Assembly (NCBI GenBank): GCA_017481865.1
Contig: JAFUOL010000002.1
Span: forward strand, 161-64,160
Source of the DNA: Clostridia bacterium
GTDB taxonomy: Bacteria > Bacillota > Clostridia > Oscillospirales > Acutalibacteraceae
Length of the DNA: 64,000 nt
Direction: 5' to 3'
The notes beneath the pieces were generated by a model. The model was not told the origin of the DNA, did no database searches, and was given only the letters and a program-made list of their open reading frames with translations. The translations under genes were made by a program, and so were the position numbers. Positions 1 through 9,247 of this stretch are shown in pieces. Numbering within the stretch: the first letter of the stretch is position 1; each line of letters starts with the position of its first letter.

Positions 1-639
1 GGTACGGCGCTGGTTTTTGCCGTAATGGTGCTCTTTATGATGTGGACAGCGGGAGTTTCGTGGAAATACTTTTTACTTGCCTTCTCGGCGGCGGCGGTGG
101 CGTCCCCATTTATTTACTTCTTTGTGATGAATGACCAACACCGTGAGCGAATTAAATCTTTATTCAACCCCGTAAAGGATATTCAGGGTATAGACTACCA
201 ACAATGGCGAGGCAGTGTGGCGCTTGCCAACGGCGGCTGGACGGGTCAGGGCTTTTTAAAAGGCGACCTCACTCAGGCAGGGGCAGTACCCGAAAGCCAT
301 AACGATTTTATATTTGTAAGTATCGGTGAGGAATTCGGCTTTTTGGGTTGTCTTGTGGTTATGCTTTTGCTGGCGGCTATTTGCCTTAGGTGCATAAGGA
401 TTGCCCGAATTTGCTCTAACGATATGGGAAAATACATCTGTGTCGGAATTTTTGCAATGATTTTTGCCCAGTCGGTTATAAATATAGGAATGTGTACCTC
501 GGTACTGCCCGTAATCGGTGTAACACTCCCCTTTTTCAGCGCAGGCGGAACATCGCTTTTGTGCCTGTTCTTAGGAGTGGGACTGGTGCTGAATGTCTAT
601 ATGCACCGAAATTCCAGAACCATTTATTTAAGGGATTGA
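1..639 (+). CDS. SEDS-family cell-wall polymerase (FtsW/RodA/SpoVE), C-terminal part; 5' end outside window
   Basis: Frame open from nt 1 to TGA 637-639. Translation has the SEDS signature PESHNDFIFVSIGEEFGFLG and hydrophobic helices (VLPVIGVTLPFFSAGGTS). Confidence 0.85.
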   Translation, partial: GTALVFAVMVLFMMWTAGVSWKYFLLAFSAAAVASPFIYFFVMNDQHRERIKSLFNPVKDIQGIDYQQWRGSVALANGGWTGQGFLKGDLTQAGAVPESHNDFIFVSIGEEFGFLGCLVVMLLLAAICLRCIRIARICSNDMGKYICVGIFAMIFAQSVINIGMCTSVLPVIGVTLPFFSAGGTSLLCLFLGVGLVLNVYMHRNSRTIYLRD

Positions 640-644
640 TAATA

Positions 645-2372
645 TTGAAAACAAAAGTAAATATTTACTTTTTATGTGTGGCTTTAGCGGCGGCTCTTTG
701 GGGTACGGCGGGTATATTCGTCCGTGCGATTGAGAAAACAGCAATATCCGAAATGCAAATAGTTTTAGGCAGGGCGTTATTTTCGGCGGTGATTATAGGT
801 TTTATCACACTGATTAAGGACCCGAAGCTGTTTAAAATAAAATTGAAGGATTTATGGCTTTTTGCGGCAAGCGGTATTTTCAGTATAGTTCTTTTCAATT
901 TTTCTTACTATACTACAATGTCGCTGACCTCCCTTTCTGTAGCGGCGGTACTGCTTTATACGGCGCCCTTTTTCGTTGTGATTATTTCACTTTTTCTCTT
1001 TAAGGAAAAGCTTACTCTTAATAAGTCGGCGGCATGTATTATAGCATTTTTAGGCTGCTGTCTTGTGTCAGGCTTGTTTGATTCCGCCCATCGTATAAGC
1101 GGCAAAGCCTTATTTTTCGGACTGCTTACCGGCTTCGGCTATGCTCTTTATACCGTGTTTGGCGAATTGCTTATAAAAAGGGGGTATCACACCTTTACCA
1201 TAACCTTTTACGTTTTTCTGACGGCGACTGTAGGAACAGTTCCCTTTATAGATTTTAAGGGCACGGCATCCGCTGTTTCGTCCCAGCCGATGGTAATGGT
1301 TATAATCCTTCTTATGGCGGTTGTAAACACCGTAATACCTTATTTGCTTTATACTACGGGACTTAAAGGTGTGGAGCCGTCTGTAGCCCCTATAATCGCT
1401 ACAATAGAGCCTGTTGTGGCAACGGTAGTGGGAGCGGCACTATTCAAAGAGCCGCTTACTCTTTGGGGATTTTTCGGTATACTTTTAGTCCTTGCATCTG
1501 TGGTAATACTCAATCTTAAATTGGATAAAAAATCGGTTGAGGTTAAGGCGAACGCTAAAATAAATCTTGTGCTTGATATTACGGGTAAAAGAGAGGATGG
1601 CTATCACTCTATAGATACCGTTATGCAGTCACTGGATTTAGCCGATATAATTACCGTTTCAAAGGCGGATAAAGTTACGGTGGACTGCGGTATAGCCGAG
1701 CTTAATAACGAAAATAATATTGCCTACCGTGCCACGGCTCTGTTTTTCGAGGCTGTGGGTATAGACAAAGGTGCCGAAATTAAAATACAAAAGCATATTC
1801 CGCAGGCAGGCGGCTTGGGTGGCGGCAGTGCGGATGCGGCGGCTGTGCTTTTGGCACTTAATAAGCTTTATAAAACAAAGCTTACAGAACAACAGCTCCG
1901 AGAAATTGCGGTAAAGCTCGGTGCAGATGTACCGTTTTTTATAAAGGGCGGCACCCAGAGGGCAGAGGGTATAGGCGAGGTATTGACCTCCTTAAAACCG
2001 CTCGAAAACGGATATTTTCTCCTGATAAAGCAGGGCAATAAGCCGTCTACAGGCGAAATGTATGCAAGGCTTGACAGCGAAAATCCCCCTCATCCCGATG
2101 TTGAAGCCTGCATTAAAGCCATAGAGGAGAATGACCTTAATTCTTTGGCAAAATATATAGACAATTCCTTTATATCGGTAAATAGAGAATTTGCTTTAAA
2201 GGAAAAACTGCTCGGTATGGGGGCAATCGGTATTTCCCTTTCAGGCAGCGGACCGACGTGGTTTGCTGTATTTGATGATTTCGATAAAGCTGAAACGGCT
2301 TTTAACGATTTAAAAGCCGAAACAGAGTGCTATTTAACAAAACCTTGTAATAACGGTATAAAGTTTGAATAA
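645..2372 (+). CDS. ispE: In-frame fusion of an EamA/DMT-type permease (about 645-1520) with 4-diphosphocytidyl-2-C-methyl-D-erythritol kinase IspE (about 1521-2372)
   Basis: One ORF with no stop between a polytopic EamA-like half (LLYTAPFFVVIISLFLFKEKL and IATIEPVVATVVGAALFKEPL repeat motifs) and a GHMP-kinase half (KANAKINLVLDITGKREDGYH, PQAGGLGGGSADAAA, GISLSGSGPTWF). Start placed at TTG 645 with AAGGGA upstream. The ATG at 492 overlaps the upstream gene. Confidence 0.7.
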   Translation: MKTKVNIYFLCVALAAALWGTAGIFVRAIEKTAISEMQIVLGRALFSAVIIGFITLIKDPKLFKIKLKDLWLFAASGIFSIVLFNFSYYTTMSLTSLSVAAVLLYTAPFFVVIISLFLFKEKLTLNKSAACIIAFLGCCLVSGLFDSAHRISGKALFFGLLTGFGYALYTVFGELLIKRGYHTFTITFYVFLTATVGTVPFIDFKGTASAVSSQPMVMVIILLMAVVNTVIPYLLYTTGLKGVEPSVAPIIATIEPVVATVVGAALFKEPLTLWGFFGILLVLASVVILNLKLDKKSVEVKANAKINLVLDITGKREDGYHSIDTVMQSLDLADIITVSKADKVTVDCGIAELNNENNIAYRATALFFEAVGIDKGAEIKIQKHIPQAGGLGGGSADAAAVLLALNKLYKTKLTEQQLREIAVKLGADVPFFIKGGTQRAEGIGEVLTSLKPLENGYFLLIKQGNKPSTGEMYARLDSENPPHPDVEACIKAIEENDLNSLAKYIDNSFISVNREFALKEKLLGMGAIGISLSGSGPTWFAVFDDFDKAETAFNDLKAETECYLTKPCNNGIKFE

Positions 2373-2415
2373 TTTTCCAATAATCTCCTTGAAAAGATTT
2401 TAAGGAGATTATTTT

Positions 2416-3036
2416 ATGTTTAAAAATTCAAAGATTTCAGCCAACGCTTTAAGGTTTTCATTGTTTTTCGGACTGCTGTGTGCCGTATTTTTGTCCTTTT
2501 CAAGCTTTAATGCTGACTGTGAGGAGCTACGACAAAATGTTTTGCGGTTACATATAATCGCAAATTCCGACAGCGAGGCAGACCAAGCCCTGAAGCTTAA
2601 AATAAGGGATAGAATTCTCGAAAATAGCGGTGATATTTTTTCCGAAAGCACTACATTAGAGGATGCGATTTTGGTAGCAGAGGATAAGCTACCTGAATTT
2701 GAGAAAATAGCCAACGAGGTTATAGCCGAGGATGGCTTTAGCTACAGTGCGGCTGCCGAAATAGGCGACAGCTTTTTTGAAACACGTGTCTATGACGATT
2801 TTACTCTGCCGGCAGGCACATATAAGTCCCTTATTATCCGTGTAGGAAAAGCTGAGGGCAAAAACTGGTGGTGTGTTATTTTTCCCGAAATTTGCCTGCC
2901 TGCGGCGGCTGAAACGAGCCTTAGCAAAACCGTAAACGAGAATGGTGTAGAAATAGCCGAAAACTCTGACCGCTATATATTGCGGTTCAAAACGGTGGAG
3001 ATCTACGAGGAAATAAAAAATTTGTTTAAAAGATAA
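2416..3036 (+). CDS. spoIIR: Stage II sporulation protein R (SpoIIR)
   Basis: Signal-like N-terminus, [26 protein letters not shown] and [12 protein letters not shown] motifs typical of SpoIIR. AAGGAG SD before ATG 2416. Confidence 0.85.
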   Translation: MFKNSKISANALRFSLFFGLLCAVFLSFSSFNADCEELRQNVLRLHIIANSDSEADQALKLKIRDRILENSGDIFSESTTLEDAILVAEDKLPEFEKIANEVIAEDGFSYSAAAEIGDSFFETRVYDDFTLPAGTYKSLIIRVGKAEGKNWWCVIFPEICLPAAAETSLSKTVNENGVEIAENSDRYILRFKTVEIYEEIKNLFKR

Positions 3037-3043
3037 AAAATGC

Positions 3044-3072
3044 TTGCATTTTGGAGCTTTCTGTGGTATCAT
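3044..3072 (+). promoter_or_regulatory. Sigma-A type promoter for rpmE (TTGCAT-17 nt-TATCAT with TGn extension)
   Basis: TTGCAT at 3044-3049, 17-nt spacer, TATCAT at 3067-3072, about 30 nt before the rpmE SD. Confidence 0.5.
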
Positions 3073-3103
3073 TCATATGTTATCGAGAAAGAAAGGGGTG
3101 ACC

Positions 3104-3310
3104 ATGATGAAAGAAGGACTTCATCCGCAGTATGAAAAGGTAACCGTAAAATGTGCTTGCGGTGCTGAATTTGAGACACGCTCTACTAAAAAAGATATCC
3201 GTCTTGATATTTGTTCAAAATGTCATCCGTTTTTCACAGGTAAGCAGAAACTGGTAGACACCGGCGGACGTGTTGATAGATTCAAAAAGCGTTTCAATAT
3301 GGGTGAATAA
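3104..3310 (+). CDS. rpmE: 50S ribosomal protein L31
   Basis: [12 protein letters not shown]...[13 protein letters not shown]...[20 protein letters not shown] at 3091-3098. The longer ORF from 3044 is rejected. Confidence 0.95.
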   Translation: MMKEGLHPQYEKVTVKCACGAEFETRSTKKDIRLDICSKCHPFFTGKQKLVDTGGRVDRFKKRFNMGE

Positions 3311-3318
3311 AAGCCTTT

Positions 3319-3349
3319 GCAGTTACCTTTTGGGGTAACTGCTTTTTTT
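3319..3349 (+). terminator. Rho-independent terminator after rpmE
   Basis: GCAGTTACC / GGTAACTGC stem followed by TTTTTTT. Confidence 0.8.
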
Positions 3350-3372
3350 AATAAAATGGGGGAGGTGCTTTT

Positions 3373-3996
3373 ATGGACAAATATGTAACGGTGTTGGGGG
3401 AAGCTGTAGCCGAGTACACCGAAAAGCGTTCTAAATTCATAGCTACCGTCAGACATTGCGAAACCGAGGAGGAGGCGCTTGAATTTCTCGATGAAATGCG
3501 CACAAGGTACTGGGATGCAAGGCATAATGTTTTTGCCTATTCTATAAAGGGGCAGGGTCGTTTTTCGGACGACGGTGAGCCTCACGGCACAGCAGGCAAG
3601 CCCGTTTTCGACGTTATAAACGGTGAGGGTGTTACCGACCTTGCGGTAGTTGTAACCCGTTATTTCGGCGGAGTGCTTTTAGGGACGGGAGGACTTGTCC
3701 GTGCTTACTCGAAATCGGCTAAGGACGCCCTTGAAAATGCAAAAAAAGCTGAAATGATACCCTGCATGGTTTTTGAAACGGTCTGCGAATACACCGACCA
3801 CGGCAAGCTTTTAAATTTAATAGAGGCTCAAGGCGGAATCATAGAGCAAAGCAACTTTACCGATAAGGTAGTTTTAAGGTATTCTTTGCGTGACGGTGAC
3901 ACCGACCCATATATGAAAAAGCTTTCCGAGACCTTTTCGGCAAGGCTGAAAGCAGAGGAAATTGGACGAAAAACCGTACCTTTTGAGAAAATATAA
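3373..3996 (+). CDS. YigZ / IMPACT-family protein (UPF0029)
   Basis: HNVFAYSI, DDGEPHGTAGKPVFDVI, VVVTRYFGGVLLGTGGLVRAYS motifs. GGGGGAGG SD. Confidence 0.85.
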   Translation: MDKYVTVLGEAVAEYTEKRSKFIATVRHCETEEEALEFLDEMRTRYWDARHNVFAYSIKGQGRFSDDGEPHGTAGKPVFDVINGEGVTDLAVVVTRYFGGVLLGTGGLVRAYSKSAKDALENAKKAEMIPCMVFETVCEYTDHGKLLNLIEAQGGIIEQSNFTDKVVLRYSLRDGDTDPYMKKLSETFSARLKAEEIGRKTVPFEKI

Positions 3997-4065
3997 AAAA
4001 ATTCAAAATAAAAGAGGTTTTTTAAGAAAAATTTCTAATATATAAAGTAAAGGGGTGGTAATAGC

Positions 4066-5061
4066 GTGAACATTCGTGAAATAACCGAAAAAAATGAAAG
4101 ACTTATACTGTCCGACAGGGCGGCACTCTGCTCCCTTTCAAGGGGTCGCAAAATTGATGAGAAAAAGTGCGATTTAAGAACCGATTTTCAGCGTGATAGG
4201 GACAGGATAATCCACAGTAAGGCATTCAGGCGCCTAAAGCATAAAACGCAGGTCTTTTTATCCCCCGAATCCGACCATTACCGTACCCGTTTAACCCACA
4301 CCTTAGAGGTCTCCCAAATAGCCCGTACAGCCGCAAGGGCTCTAAGGCTTAACGAGGACTTAACAGAGGCTATAGCCCTTGGTCACGATTTGGGGCATAC
4401 CCCATTCGGTCACGCAGGAGAGAGGGCTATAAATGATTTAGCCTCCTTCGGCTTTGCCCATTATGAGCAGAGTGTGCGTGTATGCGAAAAGTTAGAGAAA
4501 AACGGCAAGGGACTTAACCTTACCTTTGAGGTGCTGGACGGTATTCTCCACCATACAAAGGGCGAATGGGCGGCAACTCTGGAGGGTAAAATAGTCCGTA
4601 TGTCGGATAGGATTGCTTATATTAACCACGATATTGATGATGCTGTCCGTGCAGGGGTAATTTCCGCCGAGGAGCTGCCAAAAGATATTACCGAGGCGCT
4701 GGGAAAAACTAAAAGCGAGCGAATAAATACCCTTGTAACCTCTGTTGTAAAAAACAGCGATGATGATATAAAAATGGATGCCGAAACCCAAAAATACTAC
4801 GATAAGCTCCATGAATTTTTATTTGAGGCAGTTTACAAAAATCCCGTAGCTAAGTCGGAGGAAACTAAGGTTTTAGGCATAGTTGAGGGACTTTTTAAGT
4901 ACTTTTTAAAGTGCCCCGAGAAAATGACTCCCGAATATATGTCTATTTGCGAAAATGAGGGTGCAGAGCGTGCCGTTGCCGATTATATTGCAGGCATGAC
5001 CGACCATTATGCAATAACTGTTTATTCAAATATCTATATACCAAAAGCTTGGTCGATATAA
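4066..5061 (+). CDS. dgt: dGTP triphosphohydrolase-like HD-domain protein
   Basis: FQRDRDRIIHSKAFRRLKHKTQVF, HYRTRLTHTLEVSQIAR, LGHDLGHTPFGHAGE. GTG start after AGGGGTGG. Sits before dnaG-rpoD as in other Firmicutes. Confidence 0.85.
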   Translation: MNIREITEKNERLILSDRAALCSLSRGRKIDEKKCDLRTDFQRDRDRIIHSKAFRRLKHKTQVFLSPESDHYRTRLTHTLEVSQIARTAARALRLNEDLTEAIALGHDLGHTPFGHAGERAINDLASFGFAHYEQSVRVCEKLEKNGKGLNLTFEVLDGILHHTKGEWAATLEGKIVRMSDRIAYINHDIDDAVRAGVISAEELPKDITEALGKTKSERINTLVTSVVKNSDDDIKMDAETQKYYDKLHEFLFEAVYKNPVAKSEETKVLGIVEGLFKYFLKCPEKMTPEYMSICENEGAERAVADYIAGMTDHYAITVYSNIYIPKAWSI

Positions 5062-5065
5062 ATTA

Positions 5066-5099
5066 TAATTCGGAATTACGAATTCATAATTCCGAATTA
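5066..5099. repeat. Palindromic AATTCGGAATT repeat, copy 1 (13-nt arms, 8-nt loop)
   Basis: TAATTCGGAATTA cgaattca TAATTCCGAATTA, 5 nt after the dgt stop codon. Confidence 0.8.
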
Positions 5100-5147
5100 A
5101 ATCAAATATAGCAACGCAATATTTTGTTTTTAAAGTGAGGTGGTTTT

Positions 5148-6920
5148 ATGGCAATACCTGAGGATATTATAAATGAAATAAAGTACAGAAACGATATTGA
5201 AACAACTATTTCCCAGTACGTAAATTTAAAGCGCAGGGGAAAAAATCTTGTAGGTCTTTGTCCGTTCCATAGCGAAAAAACCCCCTCCTTTACGGTATAT
5301 CCCGAATCCGCCTCCTTTTATTGCTTCGGTTGCGGAGCAGGGGGAGACGTATTCTCCTTTACCTCCCTTATGGAAAATCTCGACTATATCGAATCAATAA
5401 AGCTATTAGCCGAAAAATCGGGTGTGGCTTTGCCGCAGGACGGGTATGACGATTCCATGCAGCGGCTTAAAAACACCGTTTACGATATCAACCGTGAAAC
5501 CGCAAGGTTTTTCCATAACTATCTGATGTCCCCTGACGGTAAATGGGCGCTGGATTATTTAACGGGCAGAGGGCTTACGGTTTCTACCATAAAGCATTTC
5601 GGTCTCGGTGCCGCACCTGATAGCTGGGACGCACTAATAAACCACCTTAAATCTAAGGGCTTTACTATTTCCGATATGCTGACCGCCAATGTAATAGGTA
5701 AAAGCCAAAAAGGCACCTATTATGACCGTTTCAGAAAACGTGTAATGTTCCCGATAATAAATATACGGGGTAATGTGGTAGCCTTCAGCGGCAGAGCAAT
5801 GCCTGGGGAGGACAAGGCAGGCGGAAAGTATGTAAACACCGCCGATACGCCGGTTTATAAAAAGAGCGCAAACCTTTTCGGAATAAATTTTGCTAAAAAC
5901 CATTGCAGTGAGCAGATTATTCTGGTTGAGGGTAATATGGATGTTATCTCCCTTCATCAGGCAGGCTTTCCTAATACGGTAGCCCCCTTAGGCACGGCTT
6001 TTACAAGCGAGCAGGCAAATCTACTGGCAAGGTATACAAAGGAGATAGTCCTGACGCTTGATTCGGATGCGGCAGGGCAAAAGGCTGTAAAAAGAGCCTC
6101 ACAGATGCTTGAAAACACAGGACTTTCTGTTATGGTAGTGCTTATTCCCGACGGTAAGGACCCTGACGAATTTATCAAGAAAAACGGTCCCGAAAGGTTT
6201 AGAGCACTTCTTAAAGGAGCGGTAAGCGATATTGAATATAAGCTTTTGTCAGCCGCAGGTGATATTGATATAAACACCGATGACGGCAGGCTTAAATATT
6301 TAGCCGAGGCGGCCGCAGTAATAGCAAATGAAGCGGATATTATGACTCGGGATATATATATCGGCAGACTTTGCGATAAATACGGTGTTTCACGTACGGC
6401 TCTTACAGCTAAGGTGGACGAGCTGAGACGCAGAAATAAACGGGCAGAACAGAAAAAGGAAATTTCGGATATTATACGCCCACCACTTACAAAGGACGAT
6501 ATAAACCCAGAAAGACGGAGGTCGCCTAAAGGCACTGCCGCCGAGGAAACCCTTTTAGCCGTGCTTTTGCAGCATCCCGATTTTTACACCGAGGCTAAGG
6601 AAAAGCTTCCGCCTGATAAAATGATAACAAGCCTTAACAGACGTATCTATGAAATAATTATAGAAACTCTCGATAGTGGCAGACAGCTTGATATTTCGGT
6701 CTTTGCCCAAAGGCTTATGCCTGCGGAAATCGGATTTTTGGTGTCGCTACAAAACGGCGATAAAGCGGGGAAAAACGCAAAAACTGTATTAAAAGATTGT
6801 ATTGAGGTAATATTAGAAGAAGATATTATCTTAAATGCTAACAACAAAGCTGAATCTTCGGTCGATGATTGGGCTAAAGATTTGAAAAATATAATAGAAA
6901 GAAAGAGTAAGGGGAATTAA
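5148..6920 (+). CDS. dnaG: DNA primase
   Basis: Zinc finger [13 protein letters not shown]...[36 protein letters not shown] and DSDAAGQKA. Confidence 0.95.
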   Translation: MAIPEDIINEIKYRNDIETTISQYVNLKRRGKNLVGLCPFHSEKTPSFTVYPESASFYCFGCGAGGDVFSFTSLMENLDYIESIKLLAEKSGVALPQDGYDDSMQRLKNTVYDINRETARFFHNYLMSPDGKWALDYLTGRGLTVSTIKHFGLGAAPDSWDALINHLKSKGFTISDMLTANVIGKSQKGTYYDRFRKRVMFPIINIRGNVVAFSGRAMPGEDKAGGKYVNTADTPVYKKSANLFGINFAKNHCSEQIILVEGNMDVISLHQAGFPNTVAPLGTAFTSEQANLLARYTKEIVLTLDSDAAGQKAVKRASQMLENTGLSVMVVLIPDGKDPDEFIKKNGPERFRALLKGAVSDIEYKLLSAAGDIDINTDDGRLKYLAEAAAVIANEADIMTRDIYIGRLCDKYGVSRTALTAKVDELRRRNKRAEQKKEISDIIRPPLTKDDINPERRRSPKGTAAEETLLAVLLQHPDFYTEAKEKLPPDKMITSLNRRIYEIIIETLDSGRQLDISVFAQRLMPAEIGFLVSLQNGDKAGKNAKTVLKDCIEVILEEDIILNANNKAESSVDDWAKDLKNIIERKSKGN

Positions 6921-6925
6921 AGCAT

Positions 6926-7996
6926 ATGGATAATAACACAAAAGAAAAAAACAAACAGCTTAAAAATATTGAGGCACAGGAAGGCTTTGAGCAGAACGAG
7001 GAAAGGGAGCTTACTCTTGACGAGATAGAGAATGCCCCCGAGGATTTAGATGAGCTTTTTATAGAGCCGCCAACCCTCGACCCTGATTTTGACGAGGAGC
7101 CTACAGACGAAGATTTAAAGCTTGAGGAAATGGATATCGACAAGCTTAACGAGGATTTCACATTCGATAATATCTCTCTTGACGACCCCGTTAAGGTTTA
7201 CTTGCGTGAAATAGGCAGAGTTCCCCTCCTTTCAACCGACGAGGAAATAGAGCTTGCCGTTAAGATATCGGAGGGTAATCAGTACGCAAAACAGCGCCTT
7301 ACCGAGGCGAATTTGCGCCTTGTTGTAAGTATTGCCAAGAAATACGTCGGCAGAGGTATGTACTTCCTCGACCTCATTCAGGAGGGTAACGTAGGTCTTA
7401 TAAAGGCGGTGGACAAGTTTGATTATACCAAGGGCTTTAAGTTTTCTACCTACGCTACTTGGTGGATTCGTCAAGCAATAACCCGTGCTATTGCCGACCA
7501 AGCAAGAACTATCCGTATTCCGGTGCATATGGTGGAGACCATTAACCGTCTTAAAAAGGTGCAAAGTCAGCTTCTGCACGAAAACGGTATTGAACCCAGC
7601 GAAGAGCTGATAGCCGAGAAAATGGATTTACCTGTAGAAAGGGTAAGGGAGATAATGCGTGTGGCTCAGGAGCCTGTTTCTATGGAAACACCTATAGGTC
7701 CTGAGGAGGATTCCCGTCTTATGGACTTTATCCGTGATGAGGATGCCTTAGCTCCCGACGAGGCGGCATTAAAGACCATTACTAATGAGGATATCGACAG
7801 CGTGCTTAAAACCCTCACTCCCAGAGAGGAAGCGGTTATCCGTCTGCGCTTTGGCCTTAAAGACGGCAGATGCCACACTCTTGAAGAAGTAGGCACCGAA
7901 TTTAACGTAACTCGTGAGCGTATCAGACAGATAGAGGCTAAGGCACTTCGCAAGCTTCGTCATCCCGTACGCAGTAATAAATTTAAGGACAGGTAA
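6926..7996 (+). CDS. rpoD: Primary RNA polymerase sigma factor (SigA/RpoD)
   Basis: Acidic N-terminus. Region 2 [27 protein letters not shown]. Region 4 [30 protein letters not shown]. Confidence 0.95.
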   Translation: MDNNTKEKNKQLKNIEAQEGFEQNEERELTLDEIENAPEDLDELFIEPPTLDPDFDEEPTDEDLKLEEMDIDKLNEDFTFDNISLDDPVKVYLREIGRVPLLSTDEEIELAVKISEGNQYAKQRLTEANLRLVVSIAKKYVGRGMYFLDLIQEGNVGLIKAVDKFDYTKGFKFSTYATWWIRQAITRAIADQARTIRIPVHMVETINRLKKVQSQLLHENGIEPSEELIAEKMDLPVERVREIMRVAQEPVSMETPIGPEEDSRLMDFIRDEDALAPDEAALKTITNEDIDSVLKTLTPREEAVIRLRFGLKDGRCHTLEEVGTEFNVTRERIRQIEAKALRKLRHPVRSNKFKDR

Positions 7997-8004
7997 TAAT
8001 CGTT

Positions 8005-8259
8005 ATGGAATTTGCATATAAAACTAAAGGGGTCTGCGCCAGAAACATTTTTATCGACGTTGATGGCGATACTATAAAAAGCGTCCGTTTTGACGGCGGC
8101 TGTAACGGCAACACCAAGGGGATTTCCTCCCTTGTTGAGGGTATGAAGGTGGACGAGGTTATTGAAAAGCTTGAGGGCATTAAATGCGGCTTTAAGGATA
8201 CCTCCTGCCCGGCACAGCTGGCAGAGGCTTTAAAGCTTATAAAGGACGAGCGCATCTGA
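8005..8259 (+). CDS. Small Cys-rich TSCPD-type protein (TIGR03905-like)
   Basis: FDGGCNGNTKGISSLVEGMKVDEV...CGFKDTSCPAQLA. Family name from memory. Confidence 0.6.
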   Translation: MEFAYKTKGVCARNIFIDVDGDTIKSVRFDGGCNGNTKGISSLVEGMKVDEVIEKLEGIKCGFKDTSCPAQLAEALKLIKDERI

Positions 8260-8294
8260 ATTAAGATAAAATCCAAACAGAAAGGGTGAGGTAA

Positions 8295-8834
8295 ATGTAT
8301 TCCGATATCGATATTAAAATTGCGGGTGACAAGCCCTCTAAGGATATTAACCGAAACAGCTTGAGGGCAGAGTCGCAAAAAAATATAGACAAAGTACAGG
8401 TGAATAACGCACGCAGTTGGGGAAAGGCGGTTGCCCTTAATTTCATTAAGAACGCTAATGAGGCTGTGTCGGACGGGACGTCAAATCTTGAAATGATTAT
8501 TCAGCGCCGTATGCTGCTTTCCTTTACGGCAACCGTAGGCTTTGAGCAATTAAGCACGGACGATACACTTTCTGGCATTGCGCAAAAAAGCTTTCTCGAT
8601 ACGGTTAAAAAGGCGGATGCAGAGCTTTACCGCACCTGTGAGGATACGGGAGCCTTCTCCTTTTACTACCTTGCTTTCCGCCGAGGCGGAGACACCGACC
8701 GCCGTATAGGACAGACCTTTGCAATGCTCTGTTCTCATGACGGCGACCCTATTTATCAGGAATTGGGCGAGGCGCTTTACTGCTGGTTTTTGTCTATAGT
8801 AAAGAAATCCGCTAAAGAATTTGATATAATTTAA
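8295..8834 (+). CDS. Hypothetical protein (179 aa), no recognisable family
   Basis: Good SD (AGGGTGAGG) and coding-like composition. No motif recognised. Confidence 0.55.
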   Translation: MYSDIDIKIAGDKPSKDINRNSLRAESQKNIDKVQVNNARSWGKAVALNFIKNANEAVSDGTSNLEMIIQRRMLLSFTATVGFEQLSTDDTLSGIAQKSFLDTVKKADAELYRTCEDTGAFSFYYLAFRRGGDTDRRIGQTFAMLCSHDGDPIYQELGEALYCWFLSIVKKSAKEFDII

Positions 8835-8842
8835 ATAGAAAT

Positions 8843-8869
8843 CCCCCTGAAGCAAAATGTTTCAGGGGG
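8843..8869. terminator. GC-rich hairpin between the hypothetical gene and the convergent tRNA pair (probable bidirectional terminator)
   Basis: CCCCCTGAA / TTCAGGGGG 9-bp stem with a 9-nt loop. No clean T-tract on the plus strand. Confidence 0.5.
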
Positions 8870-8954
8870 TGCGCTATTATGTGGGCAATATTCAGATAAA
8901 AAATAATAGATAATAATAAAAAAGAAAAAGCCCCTCAAAAGCGACTTTTTCTTT

Positions 8955-9030
8955 TGGTGACCCGGACGAGATTCGAACTCGTGTTACCGCCGTGAAAGGG
9001 CGGTGTCTTAGGCCTCTTGACCACCGGGCC
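8955..9030 (-). tRNA. tRNA-Glu (anticodon TTC), CCA encoded
   Basis: Reverse complement GGCCCGGTGGTCAAGAGGCCTAAGACACCGCCCTTTCACGGCGGTAACACGAGTTCGAATCTCGTCCGGGTCACCA. Cloverleaf folds by eye; anticodon loop CTTTCAC. Confidence 0.92.
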
Positions 9031-9033
9031 GAA

Positions 9034-9110
9034 TGGTGGCTGTAATTGGATTCGAACCAATGACACTGCGGGTATGAACCGCATGCTCTAGCCAACTGAG
9101 CTATACAGCC
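9034..9110 (-). tRNA. tRNA-Met (anticodon CAT), elongator-like; a lysidine-modified Ile2 identity cannot be excluded
   Basis: Reverse complement GGCTGTATAGCTCAGTTGGCTAGAGCATGCGGTTCATACCCGCAGTGTCATTGGTTCGAATCCAATTACAGCCACCA. Position 1-72 is fully paired and the anticodon stem lacks GGG/CCC, so it is not an initiator. Confidence 0.88.
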
Positions 9111-9141
9111 GAATAAGCTGTCAATTCAGGACAGCCATTAT

Positions 9142-9170
9142 ATTATATCTAAATCATTGCCATTTGTCAA
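9142..9170 (-). promoter_or_regulatory. Consensus sigma-A promoter for the tRNA-Met/tRNA-Glu unit
   Basis: Minus strand TTGACA (9165-9170), 17-nt spacer, TATAAT (9142-9147). Confidence 0.7.
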
Positions 9171-9247
9171 TAGTTATTTTTATTTTTTCCAAAATAAAAG
9201 CGAAATATTATGGTTTTCGGCAATATTCTTTGTAAAATACGTTTTTT

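Noticed and set aside
492-644. N-terminal extension of the 626-aa ORF starting at ATG 492
   Set aside because: It overlaps the 3' end of the SEDS gene in another frame and its translation (MYLGTARNRCNTPLFQRRRN...) is not membrane-protein-like. The EamA domain begins at TTG 645, which has an SD-like AAGGGA upstream.
3044-3103. Upstream extension of rpmE ([20 protein letters not shown])
   Set aside because: It would start inside the predicted promoter (-35 at 3044-3049). The SD GAAAGGGG sits right before ATG 3104, and L31 proteins begin MK.G.HP.
5957-7161. Ser/Leu-rich antisense ORFs in dnaG and the rpoD 5' region (192 aa, 66 aa, 95 aa)
   Set aside because: These are mirror-frame artefacts of Glu/Lys/Asp-rich sense coding (GAA/GAG/AAG read as TTC/CTC/CTT) and have no independent signals.
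8892-9095. 67-aa minus-strand ORF
   Set aside because: It lies entirely over the tRNA-Glu and tRNA-Met genes, so it is an artefact of an open frame across structured RNA genes.
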